Assembly: GCA_024137785.1 (NCBI GenBank)
Contig: JAHRHZ010000070.1
Coordinates: 10,774,117-10,838,116 of the forward strand
DNA: 64,000 nt
Direction: 5' to 3'
DNA from: Ginglymostoma cirratum
Taxonomy: Eukaryota
A program made the position numbers and the translations under genes. Of the stretch, positions 51,465 through 64,000 are shown in pieces (the stretch's first letter is position 1; every line of letters begins with the position of its first letter). Below the pieces are notes generated by a model. The model saw only the letters and a program-made list of their open reading frames with translations. It was not told where the DNA came from and made no database searches.

Positions 51465-51830
51465 CATAGGGGTAGGAATAGGGTGTATGGCTGTAAAACA
51501 AGATGAGAATAGATATTCTACCTCAGCAACACTTCCCCATTATCTCCATTCACTCAGCATTTAAAGTTCTAACAGTCTTCAATTTCAATACACTCAATGA
51601 TCATATATCTAGTTTTCTACACTAGAGAATTCCAAGACTTCACAGACCTTTGAGTGAAAAAATTCCCTTAATCTCAATCCTAAATTTATAGCGTTTTTTA
51701 AAAAAAGCAATGATTCTAAGCTACCCAGTCAGAGGAATCCTAGCGTCCACTCTACAAAGATCCTTAAGAAATTTATAGGTAATAATACGATCATCCCTCA
51801 TTCTTCTAACTTCAGGGAATAGGGGCCAAA
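51465..51830 (-). mobile_element. Decayed CR1 3' fragment
   Basis: AGAGAATTCCAAGACTTCACAGACCTTTGAGTGAAAAAATTCC...CCCTCATTCTTCTAA parallels about 7870-8070. Confidence 0.65.
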
Positions 51831-52784
51831 GTCTAAACTACAGTCACAGGCATGGTGCTGCTTGCCGAGCTGCCTGGTTGCAGATGAGCTTGGAAGGAGA
51901 TATCAGTTTTAGGTGACAGTATCCTTAGTCATGCAAGCACATCTCCAGCACAGCCTTTCATTCATCTCCAGGCAGCTGCAATGCCTTTGGTGCATCCTCT
52001 CTTGGTACACTGCTCAATGGTGCTGAAGACCCTGGTTCCCCTTCTCAAGTGTTTTGTGTTTGTCTCCCACTGAAGCCGGCTGAGCCTCTGTCAGTGATAC
52101 TGTTGGTAACAGGTAATTCTCTTTTCTCTCCTCATCAATTTCAGCAATGCTAGTATAGCTGATGGGTTAAATTAGTCAAACATCTGGCAAAAACGTACTA
52201 TTCTGTGAAGAAATATCAGGACTGAAATGTTTGGTTTTCATATGAGACGTTCACACAATCAAACCAATCTTTCAGCCTTTATCTGGCTGCTCATGTGAAG
52301 TAAAAGACTTCCCAAATCCTCTACATAGTGGTCATACATCCACCATGTCTAATTTTTATCAGTTTCCTTCTGCTATGTGCCAGAACTTTGTAACTTGATT
52401 TTTGTATTGCTTTCCAAGCCTGTGATTATAAGCTCAACCTTGACTCTTGGTGGCCTTCATTACCCTCTCTAATGCATCCCTACCACCTAGGAGTCTGCAG
52501 CCTGCAGCACAATGGTTTAATCCCCATGACTTTTCCCTTTAGATACACAAGCCTACGAATGCTCTTGCATATAGCTGCATGTGGAACCCTTCCCACCACT
52601 ATTATCATTGTGGTCAATTGTGACATCGGTGTTGAGAATTGAACGAGGTTTTTCACCTTTATTCCAGAGTGAATGTTTCCCTTCAGAGTTAAGGCCTGAT
52701 CTGATTGTATTTATCAGTTTCTGTTTTGATGTGTTTGGTTGGGTGTGGTTTCACAAAGCAACATGTGCAAAAAGATCTTTTTTT

Positions 52785-53126
52785 ATTCATTCATGGGATG
52801 AGGGATGTTGCTGGCTAGGCCAGCATTTATTACGCATCCCTACTTGCCCAGATGGCAGTTAAAAGTTAACCACATTGCTGTGGGTCTGGAGTCACATGTA
52901 GGCCAGAGCAGGTAAAGATGGCCATTTCTTCCTTAAAGTACATTAGTGAACCAGACAGTTTTTTTCCCTGACAATCCACAATAGTTTCATGGTCATCATT
53001 AGACTCCTAATTCCAGATTTTCATTGAATTAAAATACCTCCACCTGCCCTGGCAGAATTTGAACCCTGGTCCCCAGAATATTACCTGGGTCTCTGGATTA
53101 ACAGTCCAGTGATAATACCACTAGGC
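52785..53126 (-). mobile_element. tRNA-headed SINE (~340 bp) with conserved central body (possibly Nin-domain type) and LINE-shared tail
   Basis: A-box GGCCTAGTGG, B-box GGTTCAAATT, body CTGGTTCACTAATGTACTTTAAGGAAG...GGCCTACATGTGACTCCAGACCCACAGCAATGTGG, tail ...CATCCCATGAATGAAT. Confidence 0.8.
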
Positions 53127-53994
53127 CTCCTCACGATCTTAATCTCCTCCCATTGGTACCGTGCGTTGTCTGTGTGACCTTGTTTTGTAAGTTGAGTTAG
53201 CAGAGAGATGGTGATTGTAAACTTTTCATTTAATTCACTCATCTATCCTCTCTCTCCTTTCCTTTGGCGTTCCCTTCACCTTTCTTCAATGTCCCCCTGT
53301 GACTACTGTCCTTTCACTATCCCCCTTGATATTCCTGCTCTTCTCCAGTCCTAAACCTGTCCAGATCCCCATATCCAGTGTTAGGTTTATGCTGCACCTT
53401 ATTCAAATCATATCTTTGTTCCTCCACAGCACTCTACACCATTGTATTCCCCATCCTAAATGTGCATTTCCCCACTCTTCCTTGTCTCCCTTCCTCCTAG
53501 CACAGTGATTCTCCCGTCTGCATTCAAGATTCCTTCCAGTATCCTGCCAACTACGTCCATTAAACTCCATTCCTTTCTACCTAAACCACCCTTATTTGAA
53601 CCTTTCAAGTTGAGCCCCCTTTTCAATTAAGTATTGTTCGCCAGCCCAAGTCAGGCTTAATGGCATTAGCTATATGGCTGCTTCATTTGGGAAAGCTTTT
53701 TGAGTCAGTCAGGCTTCACAGCTTACACTGAAAATGCTTTAAGAACTACAAGTGAGACTATACATGATTGAGCTGGTTGACCTGATGAAGCTTCACTCCC
53801 TACACTATGTGTTTGTGTAAAGAAGTGGCACGGTTATGAAGGAACCAAGTCAGTGACAAAGTTAGCACTCATTAGAGCTTGGAGGAACAAGTCTACCCTA
53901 CTAGTCACATGCCTCACATAGTCAGGTTTGTGAAGTGTTCTCCGATTTTGCCTTACAAGACTGCAAACATGAACACAATTCCTGTTCTTTTTTA

Positions 53995-54338
53995 ATTCAT
54001 TCACAGGATGAAGGCATCGCTGGCCAGGCAGCATTTCTTGCCCATCCCTAATTACCAGAAGGCAGTTAAGAGTCAACCACATTGCTGAGAGTCTGGAGTC
54101 ACATCTAGGCCAATCCAGGTAAGGACGGCAGTTTCCTCCTCTAAAGGACATTAGCGAACCAGATGAGTTTTTCCTCGACAATCGACAAATTCATGGTCAT
54201 CATCAGACTCACCAGACTCTAATTCCAAATATTTACTGAATTCAAATTCCACCATCTGCTGTGGCAGGATTTGAACCTTGGACCCCAGAACACTATATAA
54301 GTCTCTGGATTAACAGTCCAGCGATAATACCACTAAGC
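53995..54338 (-). mobile_element. Second full copy of the same tRNA-headed SINE
   Basis: Collinear with 52785-53126 over its whole length. Confidence 0.8.
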
Positions 54339-54892
54339 TGAGTGTGAACGAGTTTTCATGGCCAGTTGCTGAATGCAAAAAGAGATTTCCTACCGTCAAG
54401 GTCAGCAAGCTGACCCACTTGAAAGCTTCAGATGATTTCATTACAGAATTTTAACCCAAAGACAGGAAACTGAATTTGTGCCACCTGCTCAATTAATTTC
54501 TCCCCCAACCTCTTTCCAGGTGGACCTGCAAGATTCTGCCATTGAGAACATGACAATAGAGGGTTAACTTTGCTCTTATCTCAGTATCAGTGCAACTTTA
54601 GAGTCATTTGTATCTACAATTGGCTCATTTAACTTTCTTTAGTGCCTCCCCAGCAGTCAACTGTAGGGGATTACCTGTAGTCCTTTCTGTTGAGTTATTT
54701 CCTTCCCAGAGTGTTTACGGCACCACTGGAATACCCTGGGAAGAATACCCAAGGCATTAGCCCTGACCGTACCAAAAGATACTGTTGCAGATAATGAAGT
54801 TTAAAGTCCAGGTGACACCTCAGTACAGTGAAGTGCTAGAATGTCGATGTAATCTTTCAAAGAGACATGAAATAAGAAAAAAGTATGTTACA

Positions 54893-55260
54893 GGGAGATA
54901 GTGGCATGGTGGCAATGTCACTGGATTTGCAATTGGCTGCCTTCTGAAACAGCCATTCAGTAGCATCAACCACTAAAAATTGTCGAGAAATAAACAAACT
55001 GTTGGGCCACTCGGCATTGACTAAGGCAATGGAAAAGACAATGGCAAAGTCCTCCCTGCCAATATTACGGGAAAACTGCCAAAATTGGGAGAGTTGTTTC
55101 ACAGGTTAATCAAGTCTGACATAATCATAATAATACTCATGGAATCATACTTGACATACATTATCTAAAACATCAACACCATCCCTGGGTATGTCCTATC
55201 CTATCAGCACAAATACTGCCCCAGCCAGTGTTGCCCACATTCTTTCCCAATGAACAAAAA
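54893..55260 (+). mobile_element. Tripartite derivative: SINE head, LINE endonuclease start, shared tail
   Basis: GGGAGATAGTGGCATGGTGGCAATGTCACTGG, then LPKLGELFHRL...ILMESYL...TIPGYVL (matching about 37330-37560 reverse), then AAATACTGCCCCAGCCAGTGTTGCCCACAT. Confidence 0.7.
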
Positions 55261-55261
55261 C

Positions 55262-56060
55262 ACAGAATATCAAGAACAGAAAATGGCATTCAACCCAACT
55301 AATCCATGTCAGTAGTTTGCATTCCTTCCAACTTTCCTCACCTAAATCACAACCATCAGCCACAATCTTTCCTTATCACACCATCTGTTCCCTTCTCTGT
55401 CATATGTTTGTCTAGCTTCCTTTTAAATGCACCTAGTCACTTCAACTATGCCCCTTGTTAGCAGGTTCCATGATCTTACCACATGCAGGATAAACATGCT
55501 TTTTCTGTATCCCCTTTTAAAAATCTTATATCTTATTTGATGGCCTCTGGATATGCCTTTGCCTACAAGAGGAGACACACTCTCCGTACTCGTTCTATTG
55601 AAACCTGTCATAATTTTAAATACCTCTGAAACGTCAACAATGGCTTTCTTTCATCAAGATAGTTAGCCTGTCAATCCTTTCCTGAAACATATAATCGCAC
55701 ATTTCTGATATTATCCATATAAATCTTCAGTTTCTATGCAGTGTCCATGCTTCCTTTTCATAATATGACAACCAGGACTTTGTGGTCCAACCAAGGTTTG
55801 ATATAGGTTTAGTGCGATTACTTTTCAATTCTCCCCCTCTAGAAATAAAATCTAATGTTTGTTTTGCTATTCTTATGGCCTTATTAATCTGTGACTCAAC
55901 TAAATGATCCATGTATTTCTGCTGATGCCTTTGCTCCTCTACCTCATCTAGATTGCATCTTCCAATTATAATCAATGACTCTACCCTTCCAACTGAAATA
56001 TGAAATGTTAGCCAAAGTACAACAATCATCTCCAAATGATCTAATAGCATCACCTTTCAT
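55262..56060 (-). mobile_element. Decayed CR1 3' fragment
   Basis: Remnants INKAIRIAKQTLDFISRG and HVVRSWNLL. Confidence 0.65.
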
Positions 56061-57149
56061 TGTTTGCATAGGTTCCCCAAGGCTGTCAGAGGAAGACTAC
56101 ATGATCAGCATGCAGAACAATCTTATAAACTAACTTAACAAGCTAATATACCATCCATTCTACCCTCACTTTTATGGATATTGTAATTCATCTACCTTAG
56201 TGAGATAAGCCCTTTACCTCAGCCTGGGCCAATTGCCTCTAACATCCTCTTAACACTCAGGCCTTCCATCAGGGTATTTGCCAACTTCCCAGGAGGAACT
56301 GATGAATCTGATGGTTAACTGAACACTGCACAAATGAATTCAGATAAACCTTTGTAGAGGATGTTGGCTCAAATGGCCCAAGCCCCTTGAATTTGTAGGA
56401 AAAGTGCTAAGCAACAAAACCTGTATTCATGTTTGTCCTCATATTTGCCCTCAAGGTAATGATTTCAGCCACACTCTCAAAAACCCATAAGTCTCTTCAA
56501 CAACTTCAGAATCTTCAACATAGCAAAAAAGCCTTAACAAGACAGTGTCAATATGTCCACTAGCTTGATCTTTTAGTATCCCAAGCCCAATGCTATAATC
56601 ATTAACTGTTGAATGTGAATTTCCAGTAAGGACTTTTCAGGAGAGATATGCCTGCTGTGAGTCTGACTCTCCAATCAATACACGAAGTAGAAGTTAATGT
56701 CAGTCAGCACTTTCCTCCTTGCAATAATTTCAGTCTTTTGCCATCATAAATACATTTCAAAGTTTTTGCCAAGGCTCATTCATGGTTCTAAATGAATCAG
56801 CTCAAAGTCTTGATTACAAATGAAAGCTCTGTATACGGATTTGCCCTCAAAAACGGGGCAAAATCCGTGCACACCACACAGCACAAAGTACATCCTTTTT
56901 TTATGATTAGAAATCAGGTATCTAGCACACTGCATCTTCAAATAATCATATACTTTTTTAAAAAAAACTATCTTGAGAGTAATGCATGAATGAAACTGTT
57001 GAACAGTTTATGAAAAGAGTTGAAGCAGTGAAAGGGCCAGTCCCAGTTTAGCATGGTGCAGAGGACTTTGCTGGATGTTAGGTAAAAGATGACAGATGTA
57101 GGTTTGCTGACTTTAGTCTAAGAAGGCAAGTTACATTGGCTGAATTATA

Positions 57150-57820
57150 TTTATAAACATACAAATTAGAGCAGGTGTACTCCATCTGACCTCTCAAGCC
57201 TATTCTGCCATTTGATAAGATCTTGGCTGATTTGGCCTCAATTCCACTTTCTTGCCTACCCACTATACTCTTTGACCAGCTGGTCAATCGAGAATCTCTT
57301 TGGCTCTGTTTTAAAAAAAAATGACTGCACCTCAGTTTAAAATGGGAGACCCCTTACGTTTAAACTGTAAATCCTAGTTGTAATTTCTACATAAATGGAA
57401 AACATTCCATAGCAACTACCCTGTCAATTCTCCCAAAATCTTATGTTTCAATAAGATCACCTCTCATTCTTCTAAATTCTAATGGATACAGACCAACTTG
57501 TGCAACTGTTCTTCATAATGCCTTCATTCCAGGAATTAATTGAGTGAGCTGTCTTTGAACTGCTTCTAATACTATTATATCCCTTCTCGAGTAATGAGAC
57601 TCAAACTAGACAGTACTTCAGAAGTCGTCTCACCAGTGCCCTACACGTTTGTCCCAAAACTCTCCTTCCATTACATTCTATTCCATTACAATACACAATA
57701 ATACTTCATTTTCTGTACCTGCATACTAACTTTTTGCCATTAACGACACCGAGACCTCTCTCCGCCATGGAGCTTTTTGCAATCTTTCTCCACTTAATAA
57801 CCTACTGCTTTCCATTCTTC
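57150..57820 (-). mobile_element. Decayed CR1 3' fragment
   Basis: TAAGATCACCTCTCATTCTTCTAAATTC and a 3' UTR resembling the other CR1 copies. Confidence 0.65.
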
Positions 57821-58387
57821 CAGATTCCGGTCTTAGTCTACATAATGAGGAACAGGACCAAAAGTTTAATTTGTTAAAAAAAAGATTGACGAGGATAAGA
57901 TTACAGTGCTAAAACAATATGACAGTTACAGATAACTAAAATATTCTTCTGGATGTTTTAGAGAGAAATGGGCAAGGGGAGAAAAAGACTAGGTATTAAA
58001 AGAAATACTGGCATGCCACATTGTTTTAGGATGCCAAATAATGACCAAGTTCAGAACAATCTCTAATAAAGTTAGTTATCACAACAGGACCATCACTAGC
58101 TGGAAGACTAAAATCAAGATAATTCACAACTGGTTATTACAGCTAACATAATTCTAGGGTCACATTGTGGATAGAGGTGCAGTCTCACAGCTTATAAAGG
58201 GTGAACGATACCTTTGCTCTTCTAACTGAGCTCCTGCAAAACGAGTATGACGGTAATTTAAGATCTCATGGAACCAGAGCCCAAATCTTTATTCCCATTC
58301 ATTGCAAATAATTATATTTAGTAAAGCCTGTTCATATTTGTCCATAAGAGTATGGACCTCACTATTTTCTAATTAATTTAGGCCTGA

Positions 58388-59195
58388 GAGATTTGCTGGC
58401 TGTGCCAGGATTTATTGCCCATTCTGGAAAAGGTAACAGTGGGATGCCTTCTTGAACTACTACAGTCCATTCAATGTAGCTACACTCATAATGCTGTTAG
58501 GAGCAAAGTTCCAGCGACAGCTATATTTCCAAATCAAGACTATTAAGTGGTTTGGAGGTGAATCTCTAAGTGATGGTGTTCCCATGTACCCTATCCCTTG
58601 TCCTTCTAAAGGTAGTGGTTGTAGGTTTGGAAGATGCTATCTAAGAAGCATTAGTGAATTTCTGCAGTGCATCTTGGAGATGATATGCAATGCTGCTTCT
58701 GAGCGTCAGTGTTGGAGGGAGTGAATATTTGCAGATGTTGTGCCAATTAAGTGGCCAGCTGTGTCCTGAACAGTTTCAAACATTTTGAGTGTTTTTAGAG
58801 CAATCATTCAGATAAGTGGTGAGTGTTACATCACACTGCAGATCTGCACATTATAGATGGTAGGCGGGCTTTGTCAGGGGGTGAGTTACTTGCTACAGGA
58901 TTCCTAGCCTCTGACCTGCTCTTGTTGCCAAAGTATTTATCTGGCCTGTCCAGTTTATGGTCAATGGTAATCCCGAGGATGTTGACAGAAGTGGAGTCAA
59001 GGGTAAATGGTTAGATTCTCTCTTGTTGAAGATAGTCTTTGCCTTGCACTTGTGTGGCATGAATGTCACCTGCCTAGGTCTAGATATTTGTCCAAGTTTT
59101 GCTCCATTTGGACATGGACTGCTTCAGTATCCAAGGAGTCAGAATGTGCAATACCAGCATCAGTCATCAGTCAACATCCCCTATTCTAACTACAC
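58388..59195 (-). mobile_element. 3' fragment of the SINE-headed LINE family, including its terminal tail
   Basis: Collinear with about 34400-35130. Terminal TTGCTGGCTGTGCCAGGATTTATTGCCCAT matches the SINE tail TTGCTGGCTAGGCCAGCATTTATTACGCAT. Confidence 0.8.
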
Positions 59196-59363
59196 CGCCC
59201 ATGAAACTCAATCCCTTTTTTGATAAGTTAGAAGTGGGGATACTGTTCAAAGAATCCACACACAAAACTAAAACAAAAAATAAACTGCAGAAGGTAGTTA
59301 ATGGAGTGTTTATTCCTAATGTCAATGATAACAAATTTTGCAGTGTCTCAAATAACAGGAACC

Positions 59364-59412
59364 TATGATGCTGCTGGACCTGCTGTGTTCATCCAGCCCC
59401 ATGCTTGTTATC
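59364..59412 (+). mobile_element. Very short PLE family A terminus
   Basis: TATGATGCTGCTGGACCTGCTGTGTTCATCCAGCCCCATGCTTGTTATCT matches about 40246-40296. Confidence 0.7.
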
Positions 59413-60117
59413 TAGGAAGCTATACAATGTTTGATCACAGGACTTTTACAATGCCAATCATTACATTGCATGTCTCTGATATGGTGTCCAGCTTTGAATG
59501 TTTTTTTTGGTGCAGGTGGAAAAGTGATCAATGGGGTCAAATGCCATGTCAGTTTCCCTGGTTAATATGACCAGCAGGATAGGGTGAAATATATCTGAAC
59601 TGTCAGCAAAACCAAATATTTGATTTGATTTTGCAAACAATACATCAAGGTTGTTTCAACAGTTGAATTCGTATTGATCAATGGAATTTTACAATTTATC
59701 TTAACTCTTTTACGCTCAAGATACTCAAGACAACAAACTGTGTGTACTAAAAAATATCACCTATTATTCTATTTGCATTTGAAACCTTATTAAATAATTT
59801 AATGGATATCCAAGCTTGGTGCTCCTAAGATGCAAGTAGCCAGTTGCCAGTGGCAACAGATAGTAGTAGTATTAGCAAACATTTCAGGGAATGCATCTAA
59901 ACACCTGTAGCTGTATAACCTAATTTGAATGGAACTAATTGATAAAACAAGGTTTGAGAGCCTACTGTTTCTCAGTTGAGAGTTTTTAACAAACAGTTCC
60001 TTAAATCTTAAAGCTCAAATTTTAGATGAAATGTGACTACTTTGAAGTCCTACATCAAATAAGTTAGAAGGGCCTAGTTTAGGTGACAGATATTGCTAAA
60101 CTTTCCTTGAATATCAA

Positions 60118-60487
60118 CTTAGCTCAGTTCGTAGCATTCTACCTTCTGAGTCACAAGACTGTATATCTAAATTTATGCCAGGAACTCATCACTTAACTCA
60201 GGCTAATGCCTAGGAGACCCCAACAGCTTATTAAGGTGGATGTAAAAGATCCTGTGGCATTATTCGAGGAACAGGGATTCGCCCAGTTTCATTCTTCAAC
60301 AAACACCATTGGGACATGTTTCTAGTTGATATTCTCATTTGCTCTTTGTAGACTCAGCTACATATAAACTGACAGACTTGTTTCTTTATAAAGGAAAAAT
60401 AGCTATCCAACAACATAATAAATTGGCTGTAAAGTGCTTTGGTGATTCCAGTGGTCATGACAAGCGCCACATAAATCCAAGTCCTTC
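60118..60487 (+). mobile_element. DeuSINE-like element (SacSINE1/AmnSINE1 type) with L2-like tail
   Basis: tRNA-like head AGCTCAGTTCGTAGCA..TCTGAGTCA, Deu-like AGGTGGATGTAAAAGATCCTGTGGCATTATTCGA, tail TTGGCTGTAAAGTGCTTTGG...ATAAATCCAAGT. Confidence 0.6.
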
Positions 60488-60739
60488 CCACCTTTCTTTC
60501 TTATTGGTTAAATGGGATTTGCTACAATGTACAAACAATATTTGCATACAAAACCATTTCAGAATCCACTGGGCACAGAAATACAAAATCAATACGCCAT
60601 TAGACCACTTAATTTGATAGTGTAAAACAATATTTAGTAGGATTGAAAACCCAAATAATGAATCGAGTACAATAAATCCTTGGTATCATGGCATGAGTAG
60701 ATACCAAGGATTAACTCTACTTGTAATGGAACACAGATA

Positions 60740-61550
60740 AACATTACATTTAATGTTTATAGTACCTTAATTTAATATAGTACCTTTAAAGTAGTAAAAC
60801 ATCTCAAAAGAATTCAGAAGAATGAAATTTAAACACAAAACCACATCAGGCAACACATAAAGGCAGGTGGTGAAAAACTTGGTTAAAGAGGGATTAAAAA
60901 AAAAAGAGAGACGAGAGATGAATTGGGGTGGAATTCCAGAGCGTACGGCTTTGGACTGCTGAATGCATAGCTACCAACCAGATCTCCCAGAAGCCAGAAA
61001 CAGACAAACAACAAACAATCTTAGAAGATTGACAGATTAAACAAAATTAGAGATAGGGTGAGGGGCAAGTTCGCAAAGGGATCTAAAAGCAAGGATTTGA
61101 AATCTTAAAATCAAGCATTCCTTGACAAAGAACTACTGTAACTCAGCAAGCACATGTGTGATGTATAATGTATTTTGGGGTGAGTAAGGATACAGGCAGT
61201 GGAGTTTTGGACAAGCTGTTTTGGACAAGCTCAAGATTAGAGGGTAGAAGGGTAAAATGTGACAGGACAGCAAGGAATAGGCAAGTTCAGAGATAATGGG
61301 GGCACGAATGTGGGTTTCAGCTGAGGCATGGGCAAATTGGTTGATGCTATGGAAATGAAAAAGGCATTCTCAATGATAACACAGATGTGCAGCTGGAAAC
61401 TGATCTTGCTGTGAAACATAACCCTGATGTTATGGACTGTCTGGTTTAATCTCAGACTGTTACCAGGAAAAGAAATGGAGTCAGTAGCTGGTGAACAAAG
61501 TTGGGAACAGACATTAAGGAAAAACGTTTCAGCCTACCAAAAATTTAATC
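60740..61550 (-). mobile_element. L2-like LINE 3' fragment
   Basis: Similar to 28700-29390, plus an L2-type terminal segment. Confidence 0.55.
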
Positions 61551-62164
61551 GGGAAAAAAAAAACACAGTATCTTCAAAAATTCAGAACATCACAAATGCT
61601 GTGGCTTTAATTCTTGGTAACAATACGATATTGCAATCAAGATAATTTAAATGATCCAATTTAATATCAGCCAAATCAAAAATGTAGTGATTCATGAATA
61701 TTTTTCCTTAAAAAAAGCTTTACAAAATAAGTTAGTATGTTGTTAACAAGATTCCCTTATGGTCACTCTCTATGGCCATGCTAATTTTTATTATTTATAA
61801 TATGGCAGGATTCAAAATATAGCTCTTAAAAAGCCTAATGGCAGGAAAAGCATCTTACTGAGCTAATCAGATAAAATTCATAGCTAATCCAACAAAATAT
61901 TAGGAAGAACCACAGGTAACAATGCCAAAGGTATGCATTTTAAAAGGAGGGTCTTAAAAGAAGCAGTGATTTATGGAGGGAATTCAACAGTTTGGGGTCC
62001 AAAAGTGATTGAAGTGACAGCAGCAGGTGGTATGGCAGAGAGTGGGGAAATTGCACGTTGTAAGAGTCAGAGTTGCGTGGGATTCTCGCAAGGGTAGCAG
62101 GGCTGGATAAGGGTACAACAATAGAGAAGGTTAAGGCTATGAAGGGATTGCAACATAATACCAG

Positions 62165-62274
62165 GGGACAAAAACAGAAGTTGCTTAAAAAGCCCAGCAG
62201 ATCTGGCAGCATCTGTGAAGAAAATTCAGATTTAACATTTCAGGTCCGGTGACCCTTCCTCAGAACTCTGTTCT
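62165..62274 (-). mobile_element. PLE family B terminus with hammerhead core
   Basis: Reverse strand CTGAGGA-AGGGTCACCGGACCT-GAAA-TGTT; matches about 23687-23790. Confidence 0.8.
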
Positions 62275-63434
62275 TTCAGCTTTTATAATGTCAGGGGAGG
62301 TCCATTTGTCGACAGCACGCCACTTCCAACAGAGTAACCAAAGAAGCGTACTCCACTTATTTATTTTTTCCATTTCCCATATGGACACAACTAAAATTTA
62401 AAGCATGCACATGGCAGACACTCACAATCATGCAGCATGAGTTGCTTTTTGCTGCTGAAACTTAACAGTTAACAATGTTGAAGCCACAAGTGGGCTATAA
62501 AGTGGCTTCCTACTCAAAACAACGTAGCTTCGCAAACAAAAACTATCCTGGCCGACTTCATTGTCCTAATATAAAACTGGAAGGCACAAAGGTGACACAT
62601 CAGTGTTTTTCATATTTAAATTTTACTTATAAACATTTCACATTACATTGGTTTCACTTTTTCATATGTACATCTACACAACTGAACTTGCAAGCTCAGT
62701 TAGCCCTCCCTCCTATGCATTCTCAAGGACTGGCCTGTTTGCTCTAAACCTCTCCTCATCACACAGGACCCCAAGTCCTCTCAATTCATCCCTCCATATC
62801 ACCGACACCACCATCTGTCCTTATCTGAAGCAATCTTTCACTTTTCCACTCTCTCACCACTGACTTATCCTTGACAGTTCCAAGCATCCATGCAAGCTGT
62901 CGTTATGCTGCTCCTTTCCCTTGTGCCAAAGAGTTAAACAAGGAGACACAATGCTTTTACACATAACTGCACAATGCCAAGAGTGGTGCATGGCATCATT
63001 AAATAAACATGAACTTGGTGCCCCAAGCTTTTCGAGCACTACAGACTTTACCTTGAAGGCAAGGCATAATTTAAAAAATTTATGTTAATATGTATTCATG
63101 GCACACAATGTATTACAAGTACGAACCCACAACAAGCCAGCATGAGGCTTGACATGCCTCTGACTTTATCTATATCTCTCAACATGCTGTCAGGAACTCA
63201 TGACTTTGTCCTGTCAAAGCCACTTCACATGCCACATTTCCTGGACTTGCAGGCTGCATAAAATCACCCAATCATGTAATTCAAATCTGGGCCATCGAAG
63301 GACATGGAAGCAACATAGGTCAGTGAGCACACGTCAAATAGATGAATGGCACATACTGAAGGATAAAAATGTTAGATAAATTAAAATTTATCAAGAGGAT
63401 GAGACACTGGTCAGCAAAACATTTGAAGTGTCAT

Positions 63435-64000
63435 AAAAACCAAAAGAACTGTGGATGCTGTAAATCAGGAACAAAAACAGGAGTTGCTAGAAAAGCTCAG
63501 CAGATCTAGCAGCATCTGTGAAGAAAAATAATCAGGGTTAACGTTTAGGGTCCAGTGGCCCTTCCTCAGAACACAGGGTTAGATCTAAGCGCACAGAGTG
63601 CTATCAGTTTGGCGGGAGGTAGTTTGAATTTGGTGAGGGGGGCAGAGAAATTGAGGCAACCAATATCACGTCGACAGTTCTCAATGAACAGATAGAGTGC
63701 AGGTAAAAGGCCAGACGGAGGGGTCCAGGTGGAGGGAGAGTGTTGGAACTGGGCAAAGGGGTCTGTGAGACAGGGAGAGGACTCTTATCCAAAGAAATGG
63801 TCACGGAGGCAAAGACGGCAGAAGAAGAGTTCGACATCCTATCATGCCCAAAATTTGTTAACATGAGGATGTACAGGGATAAAACTGAGACTCTTCCTGA
63901 GTACAGGACATTCAGTATCAGATAGCGGTAAGTTAGGTGGGATGGCGAATACCGGACAGGAGGTGGGGTTGGGAGAGGGATGAAGTCAGAGGGAACAGGA
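63435..64000 (-). mobile_element. PLE family B terminus plus probable element body running off the window
   Basis: 63435-63572 is the reverse complement of about 23685-23820. The adjoining GC-richer sequence is presumed to be element body. Confidence 0.65.

Noticed and set aside
51840-52640. Possible Harbinger-like transposase relic on the minus strand
   Set aside because: No convincing catalytic motif could be reconstructed by hand.
56070-56600. Possible Vingi/Ingi-type LINE 3' remnant
   Set aside because: Only vague resemblance; it needs a profile search.
50967-64000. kat6b N-terminal winged-helix/H15 exon or promoter
   Set aside because: No matching ORF or CpG island seen.

Overview
Eukaryotic (vertebrate) genomic DNA. 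The repeat content (V-SINE/HE1-type, CR1, Penelope and DeuSINE-like elements) points to a cartilaginous fish, probably a shark. The whole window lies inside one minus-strand gene, the MYST-family histone acetyltransferase kat6b (MORF/MYST4). Six internal coding exons are visible (50858-50966, 30513-30628, 28252-28333, 16830-16962, 10669-11537, 9831-9955). All have canonical AG/GT boundaries and compatible phases, and together they encode the double PHD finger and the pre-MYST linker. The N-terminal and MYST exons appear to lie outside the window. The introns are full of retroelement debris: CR1, L2-like and RTE LINEs, several SINE families, and three Penelope-like (PLE) families whose inverted termini carry minimal hammerhead-ribozyme cores. 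There is also a decayed Ty1/copia element spread over about 13 kb by nested insertions, and a 400-N assembly gap. The most notable observations are: (1) an ORF1-less EN-RT LINE whose 5' end is the body of a tRNA-headed SINE, with a series of internally deleted derivatives; (2) hammerhead-bearing palindromic PLE insertions; (3) the nested copia relic; (4) two internal in-phase splice donors in the large kat6b exon that would tune the copy number of a repeated GLxDGL motif. Family assignments come from my recall of motifs, not from database searches, and repeat boundaries are approximate.
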